DNA of 64,000 bases from Octopus vulgaris. Taxonomy: Eukaryota. Numbering within the stretch: position 1 is the first letter of the stretch; the number at the start of each line of letters is the position of its first letter. The stretch is from the NCBI GenBank assembly GCA_951406725.2, contig OX597815.1, forward strand, positions 157,604,001-157,668,000, written 5' to 3'. Below, one piece after another: positions 21,201-33,700 of the stretch. The position numbers and the translations under genes are program-made. Below the pieces are notes generated by a model that saw nothing but the letters and a program-made list of their open reading frames with translations, was not told the DNA's origin and searched no databases.

Positions 21201-24200
21201 CTTCTGTAGAAGCAGTGTAAGGATTAACTGAGGAGTAGTTATGGCAAATCTAAGAAGATTAGACCTTATGTCAGAAGAGGAAAATTGTTGAATTGAGGAG
21301 AAAAGGATGTAAAACTGGTGGTGCCTGAAGTGGTGGCAGCAGTATTCTTCATTACCATTTTGATCTTTTCTCATCATCCTAATATTTATCATTGTGTCTG
21401 CCTCTGGTGAACTAGAAGCAAAAAAAAAAAAGGTAATGTTATCCATTGTTATCTTTTTTTCTAAGATATCATCATTTCCCTATTTCGCCTCTGGCTGACC
21501 AATGCTATGTGAGTGGAATTGATAAAAGAAAGCGATTTTGTATATGTGTTTTGTTTTCCTATTATCTGCACAAGCATTAACATTGTGCTGAGATTGTCTA
21601 ATTTTAACATGTAAACATTTCTGGTTATTTAAGAGTTGCATGAACAATAGATAGTGTTTTGGTTGGCCAAAAGGTTTCTATGTGCAAAGTTTGTATTTTT
21701 TTTTCATTCTTCAGTTAGAACATTAATAACATTTAGAAAAATAACCAGATTCATATCAATGTCAGAAATAATATTGTTATAGCGTTGCCAGCCTCGCCTG
21801 GCCCCCGTGCCGGTGGCATGTAAAAGCACCATCCGTTCGTGTCCGTTGCCAGCCTCGCCTGGCCCCCGTGCCGGTGGCACGTAAAAGCACCATCTGTTCG
21901 TGGCCGTTTGCCAGCTCCGTCTGGCACCTGTGCGGTCGGCACATAAAAAGCACCCACTACACTCACGGAGTGGTTGGCGTTATGAAGGGCATCCAGCCGT
22001 AGAAATACTGCCAGATCAGACTGGGCCTGGTGCAGCCTTCTGGCTTCACAGACCCCAGTTGAACCGTCCAACCCATGCTAGCATGGAAAGCGGACGCTAA
22101 ATGGTGATGATGTACAACAATGTAGCAGATTGAGAGATGGAGAAATATATTCATGGTAAACTACATCTGTACATCACCTGTTATAGTTTATCCACAAGTG
22201 CAGGCTTTTCACTTTTATATTTTTTCTAACATTAGTTTCAGTTTTAAGGGAAATTTTAGCAGATTGAGGGGCTACAGAAAGGCTCCCGTGTTTGGCTTGT
22301 CCACATATCAATTTTCATTCATGGTATAAACTGCTCTCATTTTCCCAACCTTCTTAGGAAGAGCCATGTCACAATGTTTCTGATTCCCTTCTATAATAAT
22401 TTGTATGAAGAGAATTAAGCTCGGCACAGTTGGTCACAAGCCAGATTGGTATATTTATGCAGTCCCTATTTGAGCATCACCTTTTTAGCTTTTCCTTCTG
22501 TAGTTGATCCATAAGGCATTATTCACTGTCACATGGAAGGCAAAATACTTTGTAATTTAAGATAGAAATTCGTTTTTTTTTTCATTAATTATATATATAT
22601 ATATTCCTCTTTTTATTCCAGGCCTATTTTAATGGAAAAACCTGATATTGTTGTTGGTACACCATCAAGAATTCTTGCTCATATTGGTGCAAATAACTTA
22701 TTTCTAAAGGACAGTATGGAATTTCTGGTTATTGATGAAGCAGACCTACTCCTAGCATTTGGTTACATCAATGATATGAAAGCTTTACTCAAGTAATTGT
22801 TTTTACTATTTGATTTAGTGAGTGAGAGTATGAATGTTTGTGTGTGTGAACTATTTTTGATTTTTGTTTCAAACTCTAGTTAATGTAGGCTGATGTAAAT
22901 CTTTTTTTTTTATCTGTGCAAGAAATACAAGGATTGATTGAAAATTTTCAAAACTGCCAAACATTGAAAGAAGGTCAATAGAGAGGGATAGAGAGAGTGC
23001 AAAGTATGTGTGTGTATATGTCACAGATAGTGTACGTGTGTTTGTGTTGATAGAGTTTTAATAAGATAAAGATGAATACATTGTCTGGAAGGACATTGAT
23101 AATTACAGAGATGTACTTACATAGCAAGTGACTTGATCTGAGATTGCATGCTGAAACAAAAACAATTGCAGCATAGAAGATGTTTGTAAGCCATTTCAGA
23201 GCACACGAAAGCCGTTAGCTTCACTTCAACATTTAAATTTAATTTGTATCAAAATATTTTCGGCACTTTGAAACCGCGACCTGTTCACTGAAAACTTTGT
23301 GCGGCATGAAGTTTTGTCACTAAACAGGTTGTGGTTTCAAATGTTGAAGTGAAATTAATGATTTTTGTGTGTTCTTTAATGGCTTACAAATGTCTTCCAT
23401 GCTGCAATTAATATTGATAATGTTTCCTGTAATAAAGAGTAGGGACAACCTATGTCAGTGTGTGTACGTCAGAAAGTTGACTTTTTTTTTTCTTAGAGAG
23501 TGATAAACAGAGTGTGCAAAGACTATATGTGTGTATATGTCACATATAGCATATGCGTGTTTGTGTTGACCCGTTGGGTCACCTGAAGAGCCTGAGTTTC
23601 TCAGCAATGGGGATTTGTTTTGTGGGTTTTTTTTTTCTTTTCCAGGTTATTTTGCATGCAAAATCATGCATAAATGGCTCCTTTTCCCAGAAAAGGAAAG
23701 ATTTGGCTACTATTTCTTGCACACCCTGCTACCACGTAACAAGTATTTCAGGTCTTTTATTGCAAATAGCTGTTACGTGGTAGCAGAGTGTGCTAGAAAT
23801 AGTAGCCAAATCTTTAGAGCTGAGATATGTTGAATGCATGAACGGGTCTTTTACGAAATATTTACCATATTTTTAAAGTCTTTTCACTTTAAAATATTTT
23901 TTAAATATGCCAAAAAAAATTTTTGTAATGGTATTTGCTTGAAAATAATTAAAACAAATATACTATTTCTGAGATATTTCGGGAACAAACAAACATCTTC
24001 TAGAGTTTTAGTATTATTGAGATTTGGTGATCACTGCCAAGAAAATTATTACCACGACATAATATAGAGTTTTGTCTTGTATTCTTATTTTAAATTTTAT
24101 TTTTGGCTTTTTTTTCTTTATTTCTTATATAAAAATATATACCTATTTCAGGCATTTCCCCAAAATTTATCAATCTCTTTGGGTCACTGCAACACTGAAT

Positions 24201-27200
24201 ACTGACATCAACACTTTGAAAAAGATGATATTGCATAATGCTGTAAGCATCAGTTAATTTCTTTTATTATTTTATTGCATTTAAGCATGCTTTAACTCCA
24301 TCAATTTTGCCTGTATTGATATAGTTTGTGTTTGTAATATCACATCATTTTCACCTTCATTTTATTCTGCTGGAATAGATCGAACTATTTTTTACATCAT
24401 ATGTTTTGATCCTACCTCATCACTTTTATATTCAATGAGTCTGATTGAATAAAACATCAGATGAAACTTGAAGTTGGCAAGACAAGACTAGATGGTCCTC
24501 CCAATCCGACACTTCTCTGTTTGTTTGCCAACCACTTTACAGTATGTACCACCAGGTGCATTCTCTCATAGTACTAACATTATAGAGGTTGTGAAGTTCT
24601 CAGTGAGTCAGATATAAAAGGACCTCTCAACCTTGTCTTGTACTTGTTCACTAAGCACTCTGTAGGATGTACCAAGGAAAAGGCTTTCATCATGATACAG
24701 CACAGGTGGGGGTTGCCTTCTTCACTGTAAATGTTAAAATTACTTAATATGCTACAATGTGTTTTTAATCACGAATGTTTATGTTCCTAGTGTCCTTGCA
24801 TGTCACCACCTGAGTGATGTTGCGTTTATTAGATTTTCTGTAAACAATACATCAAATAACTCTACGTGTGTGATGACCAGTGGAATAAAGAGTACCTTAC
24901 TTGAAAAACAGGTATGGGTGGAAAGAAGAAGAATGCCATTTGACCATAAAATACTTATTTCTTTACTACCCACAAGGGGCTAAACACAGAGAGGACAAAC
25001 AAGGACAGACAAACGGATTAAGTTGATTATATCGACCCCGGAAGGATGAAAGGTAAAGTCGACCTTAGCGGAATTTGAACTCGGAACGTAGCGGCAGACA
25101 AAATACCGCTAAGCATTTTGGCAGGCGTGCTAACGTTTCTACCAGCTCGCCACCTATTTTATTTGACCATAAAATACTGCCTCAGTAACTCTTTACCCAG
25201 CCCATAACTCATCATCATCTTCAACTTCACCATGCTTGCTGAGGCAGATTTTCTACATCCAGATATACCCTTCCTGTTGCCAACTCCCACCTGTTTCCAA
25301 GTAAGATAATATCTCCCATAACAAAAAATGTTTTCACAGAAGATTGAAAATGAACAACACTGCTGGTATGACAGTGACACACATTTACAACTATCACATA
25401 ATGTCAGAGCAAGAGACACAAACACACACACATAGGTACAAAATGGGTTTGTTTTGGTTTCTGTTTGCCAAACCCACTGACAAGGTTTTGATCAGTATGG
25501 GACTGTAGTAAAAAGACATTTGTCTAAGGTGCCACACTAAGACTGAAGCCTAAACCTTGGAATTGGAAAGCAAACAGTATGGAAAAGTAGACATAGAACA
25601 AACAAATGATATAGGTATGCTTGCACATGATACCTGTAATTTCCTTTCCCCTTAATCTTTTTCATGCTTTACGGGTAGCCATTAGAGGTGCTACTATATC
25701 TGATGGACAGTTGCCTATATTTTTAGGTGGTGGGCATTTACAGTTTATTGATTTGTGAAATATGAATCATTTTTAATATTTAGTGAATGCCTACATAATA
25801 TTAGTGTAATCACTTCATGCCTGCTAAACATATATACCTTCCGTTATAACACTTTCAAAGGTGATGGAGCTTTATAATTAATTGTGGGCTAACATACTAA
25901 ATATAATGTAATAAAAAGAATTTTAAGCCTATTGAACTTACATTCTTTAAGGAAAAGTAAATAAGGAGAATTAATAGCAATTATCAAGAACAAGGGAGAG
26001 AACTCTAATTGATTAGGCAGATATAGTGCAGGCTGAGTTTGATTGTGGTAATAACTCTGTATATGTTTCGATTTTATGAGACCTCCTCAACTAAACAGCA
26101 GTCTGACATACTTTCCAAAACTTAAAATGATTTGCAAGGATATAGATTTCAGTGAAAGTCCTCCTCTGCTAAGTACATCTAACCTATCAAATATAGTCAT
26201 GTTTCCTACTATAAGCATACAAACTTTTTCACCATCTCTAGTGACCTATCTTGAAATCTACATATTTTGACGATTCCAATTTTCTATTTTATACAAAGAA
26301 ATATTCAACACTGACTATTTCTGGACATTTGCCCAAGCCCAAATTTATTTTTTGCTATGGAATATTGTTCCTTTATCTAGAATGATGTATTGCTTTGAGT
26401 CCTTGATATCTTAAACTGCATTATTTTTTCATCCTAGAACCACTTTATACCATTAACATAACAGGCTTTGTTTTTCAGATTTTGCTGATTAACTCTAATT
26501 CTTCCCTACTTTCATTCAAACCTGTCTATTGCACCAAATTTCCTGCATGGCATTTTTCAGTCTGTCTATCTCTCTCTCTCTCTCTCTCATGCTTTCCTTA
26601 AGTGTTATATGTGGAACATTATTCTGAGGACCCCTGCTTTACCCTTACAGTACCCATCAACTTATATTGCAACAATTTCAGTCTTTCCTTCATTCTACTC
26701 AAGGTTTACTCACATACTTTGAAGAGTAACATTTCCTTTCTTCAGACATTACATAAGAATCACTGATCTTATTGTAGAAAGTACCAAACTACAGGCACAC
26801 ATTTTTGCACTTATTGTCAATATTGTTAGAACATTTTCTTACTTTTTCTTAATCATTTAGGTGGTTTTGAAACTTGAAGAACCTCAGATACCAGAACACT
26901 TGATGCAATATCACATTATGTGAGTATTCTAGCTATTCTTGTTTTTTTTAAATTTATTTTTTCAAAAGTAAAAATTATTTTCTTTTTTGTAAATACTTCA
27001 ATACTTCACATGTGTGTGTGTGTGTGTGTATATATATCTGCATGCATACATTCATACATATAAATATATATATGTGTGTGTGTGTGTGACTGGTGTTTGG
27101 CCAAGCATGATCTTTCTTTCTTGGCTCAACTGCCAGCCACAAAGCATCTCTTATATTCCTGTCTCATGACTTTCATCTCTTATGTTCATCTCCTATGTTC

Positions 27201-27556
27201 CTCCTCAAGGCTTTTACTCTACACATGCCAGCTCAACTTGATTCGTCTTTATTGGTCAAATGACACCTGTTGTTATTTTCTTGTTTGTATTTGTAATTTT
27301 GTAACATTTTCTCTGTCTTTTTATCTTTGTTGTCATACAAATTCCTTTGCTTTCTCCCAAAAAATTCAATGCTCTTAGCTTAGATTTTTGGGGCCAGCCA
27401 GATTTGAACTGGCCAAAACTGTAAGGATGATCTGAAAACTTGACTGATGAGAGAAGGCTGCGAATGACCCGTCCTTGTTTTTTCCTGTCTGTCTTTGTAT
27501 TGTCTATCTGTCTGAATGTTTTATTGTTGTCTGTTGCATTCTTGTTCCATTTTTGA

Positions 27557-27610
<54 letters not shown>

Positions 27611-27762
27611 ATGTAGTATTGGCTTTGTTTTATTTCCATCTATCAAATCCATTCACCAGGCTGGTTGACTTGGGGTTATAGTAGAAGGCTCCCCATGTGA
27701 CACAGTTATACTGACCTGCAAGGTAGTAAATCATGCTTTTTAACCACACAGCCATGCCTGTA

Positions 27763-27793
<31 letters not shown>

Positions 27794-30700
27794 ATCATCA
27801 TCATTTAACATTCATTTTCCCTGTTGGCATGGGATGGATAGTTTGACAAGAGCTGGATGCCCTTCCTAGTGGCAACCACTTTACAGAGTATAGTGCTTTA
27901 TTCTGTGACACCAGCACTGGCAGGGTCACCATGTAACCTTATAAGACAAAGTCCCCTTGACTGGTGAGGAGCAGTATTGAGGGAGGTGGCTTTGTGCCAG
28001 TGTACACATATATCTTCACACTCTCATTTTCTATATCTTGCTACCAGTTAATGTTTTACTAACATTGCTTACCTTTAAAAATGTTTGTATCTTTATGACA
28101 GGGTGGAAGATGATGACAAATATGCTTTGATGTGTGCTCTGTTCAAACTGAAGTTAATTCGCGGAAGATCCTTAATGTTCGTCAACACAATTGATGAGTC
28201 CTACAGGTAAAATTTATTTATGGATGATCTTGTATTTTTTTTTTAATATTTATGCATATATTTTTCCCTGCTACTTTAGGTGGAATAATTCTGTATATTC
28301 AAAAGTTTGCATGGTGTATTGAACAATATTAACTTTGCATATATATATATATATATATATATTTATGTGTTTAAATATAATCATTGATTGTAATTTGATT
28401 CCATTGGTACTGTACAGCACTATACAGTCGTGTGAAGGTGAGTGGTTTAGGTATTTGGCTCATGATTGTAAGGTTGTGAGTTCAATTCCCGGTGACGCAT
28501 TGTGTCCTTGAGCAAGACACTATTTCCCGTTGCTTCAATCCACTCAGCTAGAAAGAAATGAGCAGTACCTTATTTCAAAGGGCCAGCCTTGTCATACTCT
28601 GTGTCACACTGAATCACTTTGAGAACTATGTTAAGAGAACATGTGTCTGTGGAGCGCTCAGCCACATGCACATTTATTTCCCAAGCTGGCTGTTCCATTG
28701 ATCCAATCAACTGGAACCCTTGTTGTTGTAACTGACAGTATGCCAGTAAGTAAAACAGTTGTAAAATGTGACCATTTTGTTTCCTTTTGCCCTTACATAA
28801 ACTGATGTCTCTATTATCTAAAATTATTTTTTGTGGCATCTCAAAAAACATGGGGAATTTATGTGAAATCTCGGTTCTCCAACATAAGAGTAGTCATTGA
28901 TTTTTCTTCTAAAATATCGACACCAAACATTGAACATCTCATACCTTTTATCTTTTGGTTTGTAGCTGCATATAGAGATCTGTAACAATATAGCTATAAT
29001 ATCTTAAAATTTCAACTCTTGTCAAATGAGGCTCTTCCTAGATCCAGATAGACAACTTGTGTTCCCTTGAGCATCACTGGTAATTCCTTTAATATCTGAT
29101 GCTACTCTTAATAACTGCAAACCCTCTTGAAGCTTTGCAGATGTTGCTGTTTTCAACTGAGTAGAATCACCTTTAGCTTAAAGGAACCATCATATGTAAT
29201 GCATTTCTTCATTATGTAGATAATGGTTACCACTGTATAGCTATAATTTTGGTGGGAAATTTTGCTGCAATATAAAAATTGCTAAAAAAGAAACTACTTA
29301 TGAGAAAGCATCAAGTAGACAGAATAAGATATATTAAATATCTTACTTTACACTTAATTATTAATGACTGTCACACCTTGATATGAAAGGTTGATAAACA
29401 ATAGTGAGAAATTGTTCCTTCAACCTAATGTAGAATAATAGATATTGTTGCCTATAGCAACAAAAAATGGCTGTGCGATTAAGGAGTTTGGTTCAAAATT
29501 ATGTGGTTCTAGGTTCCGACTAGTACCTTAGGCTAGTGTCTTAGCCTCTGCAAAATGTAAACCTTATAAAGAAAAGTGGATGAGTGAAAACAGTATGGGG
29601 TTTTCTTGGAGGGACATTATTTGTTCCCGAGTGGTATGCTGAATCTGTTGCTCAGTCTAATACGCCCATCTAGTCCTTGGGTACCTGTAGCAAAGTTCAC
29701 TCTTTTACAAGCATTAAGGCCAAGTCTCCAGGCTGAGGAATAACCTATGAGTTATGACTTTATCCTACCTTTTCTCCAATAATATGATGGCAAGTAATGA
29801 TATTTTCTTTAATTAGTCTTTGTATTATCTAAGGACTAATTTGCTTAGATGAATATATAAAGGTTTGAAAGAGTATCAATCAATAACATAGAGCACATTT
29901 TTTAAAATTTTCAGTCGTTGTTTTATCACGGTGTCTTATGTAATTGGTCATTGTATACTGTCTTATACTCTTAAAACTAATTATCTATGCAGTTTCAGTA
30001 AAATTTAGTAAATATTAATCTCCTGTATACAGGAATACATATGTTTGCATTATTCGCACATAAATATGTTTAGATATATAAAACACTGTAAATAATGTGG
30101 ATATCTTTATCCTAGAGGGGTATGATTTGAGAGAGATTTGGCTGTGATTTGTAACAAGTGACCACCATAGGAATTTTCTCTTTAGCTCATGATAAATGTC
30201 AATACTGTACTTGGGTTTATTCACTTAGTTATGTTCTTCACTACAAAAATACACCCTGTACTTACAAAGAGACATTTTTTAATGATCTTTGTAATTATTT
30301 CTTCATAATACAGATTGAAAATGTTCCTGCAGCAATTTGGAATAAAATCTTGTATACTTAATAATGAGATGCCACTAACTTCTCGGTAAGTTTATTTTCT
30401 AATTATTATTATTATTTAAGCTAACTTCTTTAGTCTTCCTGGTATTTGGACAAATCAACAAATTTTGATGGAAGGTATTAATTTAAATAGCTTTGAAACA
30501 AAGTTTGTGTCATAGAACACAAGAGTTGGATGGTCTGCAAGGGGGACTATGTTGAAAAATAAGCCTCATTTGGTCACATTTGTAGTTGAATGTGATGTTG
30601 GCAATTGTTGGGTGCCTCACATTTCCTTACATAGTTGTTGAAAGGAAAAAATAGCAGGAACACAAATCTCCGAACAAATAACAATAATAATTTATTTTCG

Positions 30701-33700
30701 CCGAAATAAGCATTTCATTTCTGGACATTGGTAGCCTGGACGCCTGGGGTTGGAAACAGCAGAGTCGATTTAAATCACTGTTGTTGAAGGCATTCTTCAC
30801 AGCTTGCCAAGTTGTATTTTGCCTTCACTAGGAGCTTGTCTGGTCGCGTCTGATTCTGTCGGCAGCAGGAAGCAAAAGAAAGAATAGCGGTAAAAGCTAG
30901 CTGCTGCTGATTACTGCGCATGCACATAAGGGACTTCTGGAAGACACTAATCCTTGCGCTGACATATGAAAATTCCAAAATGGCATCTGGAACCTGGCAT
31001 CACTACACATTCCATAAGTGTTTCTTTAAAAATTCTTATTTTGTTTTTCACACATTAACTTGTGTAGATTGAACTATGTAGAACGTTCGAGAAAGAAACC
31101 TGGCTGTTTCTTGCAATACATACCAATACATACACCTTTTCAGGAGCCTTAAAATATTGTGGATCCCCAAATTACTATGTTGTTGTGTGGGCCCCCAAAA
31201 TTCTTATATAGACCATGGTTGAGAACCACTGCTTTAAATGATGCTGAGGATCTCCATGTGGTATGCAGGTAACCAATATCTTGTGAGTTTGTGTTAGATA
31301 TAGAACAGGCTTACATTGATTTGCATTGGTTTTATTCCAATCCTCAACTACCTCCTTACTGTTAGAAACAATGCACTAGAGTCATCACCAGTTCTATGAA
31401 TTCTGTATTGTGTAACTGTAAAAATGTTCTTGACTTTCAGATGTAACATAGTAGATGAATTCAACAGAGCAGTATATGATAACATAATAGCTACTGATGA
31501 ACAGATTTTCGAAGATGATGCTGAAGACACTAAAAAGAAAACAAAAAAGTAATGTTGCAATTTTCTTTTTCGTTTTTTTTTCTTTTTTTTTTTTTTTTTC
31601 TGTGCTTCAGTTAGTAAAATTCATTTAGACTTGTTCTGTATCTTGATGCCCTCTCTGCCACAATGCCATTCATTTTTGACAAGTCAGTAATGGAGCTTCT
31701 ATGGTCACTCAACCTGCTAATAAAAGTGACCAAATCTTTCAAGCTATCTTGAAACAGGAAGGACTCACACTCGATAATGTAGTTCTAGATAACCACCACT
31801 CCCTCAAAAAAAGTAAGTGATGTCATGGCTGGAATCCCTTTGATCATAGGTCTTTTTGGTCTGGATTGATCTGTTGACCTGGAGCTAAATAGCAACTGTG
31901 ATTATAAGTGGAACTTTAAAAAAAATTTTTTTATTATCCTAACCAGCATGTGGTTTTCTTTAGATCATCATCATCATCGTTTAACGTCTGCTTTCCATGC
32001 TAGCATGGGTTGGACGATTTGACTGAGGACTGGCGAACCAGATGGCTGCAATCTTGATCTGGCAAAATTTCTACAGCTGGATGCCCTTCCTAACGCTAAC
32101 CACTCCAAGAGTGTAGTGAGTACTTTTATGTGCCAAGGGCATGAGGGCCAGTCAGGCGGTACTGGCAATGCCCATGCTCAAATGGTGTTTTTTACGTGCC
32201 ATAAGACTTTACAGTTATTAAAGAAGTATATGTATATATGACTGGTGCAGGTGGTTGTATGGTCGAGAAGCTTGATTCCTAAACATGTGGTCTTCGGTTC
32301 AATCCCACTGTACGACATCTTGGGTAAGCATCTTCTACTTTAGCTCCAGGCCAGGCCATCCAAAGCCTTTTGAGTGGATTTGATAGATGGAAGCTGAAAG
32401 AAGCCCATCATACATATGTGTGTGTATGTGTTTGTATGTGCCCTCATCTAGACTTTGCGTGGTAGTTGTAAATGAGTTAAAGTTGTTGATTTCCAATCTG
32501 TGTAAAGCTCTTTCCTTCCATGCATTCTTGCCATGCTGTAACCATCAAAATGTGTCCAGTTATGGGAAAATGTTACCTTGCTTGGAAACATGTGAGGACT
32601 GGTGACAGCAATGGCATCCAACAATGGGAAATGTACCTCAACAAATTTTCTCTGGCTCTCGTGCAAGCATGCAAAAATGAATATTAATGATGATAAATGA
32701 TGACTGAGTAGCTTAACTGGAGGGATGTATTTATTGTGAATAAAGACTAAGTGGCTTAATGACTTATGTGTGACCTTACAAAGGAAAAAGCAAGTGTTTT
32801 GCTTATTTGTTTTTTTTTTTATAACATTTCCCTTGCATGTATTACAGGGAAAATGATGGCTGTGGTGTTTCACGAGGTGTTGATTTCTACAATGTCTCAA
32901 ACGTTATTAACTTTGACTTCCCAGAATCTGTGAACGCTTATATTCATCGCATTGGAAGGTTAGTTAAATTTTTGTCTTGATAGAATTGATGGTACTTGTG
33001 ATTGTAGTTCAGAGGTTCTCAAACTTTTTGGGGCCATTGCCCCCCACCCCACCCCATGGCCACATAATACCCTCAGCGACCCCACCCCTATTTTTATGTA
33101 TAAATAAAAATTCTATATTTTACTAATTTATATAAACTATGAATCATTTGATATTTAATATAATATTGTATAATTTGTATACAATATTATAATAATATTA
33201 TAAATCCATAAACGTCTCCCAATCCACTGCCTTTCTCCCAATGCCTCCTTTTTCTCTACTGCCCATCTGGACCCTCTCAACGCCCTCGGGGGGTAGGGGG
33301 TAGTGTCCACTTTCAGAACCTATGCTGTAGTTAAAAAACATGTAAAAAGAAAGTAAGCAGATTCCATAATCAATTGTGCTCCTTCACAAGCATGTGAACA
33401 TCACAACATTACACCTACCATTTTACTCTTCTAAAAAAGTTCCCAAGCTTTGTGCTTACTTTAAGCACCCTCCTTGAGACTTCAACATAATCAGGTAATT
33501 TTATTCATAAAATATGATTTTAGTTGTATCCATTTTACTATACTATCTTTAAATGCTGATGGATTTTGAAAATTTGAATATTAACATGAATTTTTAAGCT
33601 ATAAGGTTATTTTGTTCATATATGTATCATCATCATCATCATTTCACGTCCGCTTTCCATGCTAGCATGGATTGGACGATTCAACTGATGTCTGGTGAAC

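Noticed and set aside
25990-26760. Possible very old LINE RT remnant
   Set aside because: Only a faint GPLL-like motif; cannot be supported without alignment.
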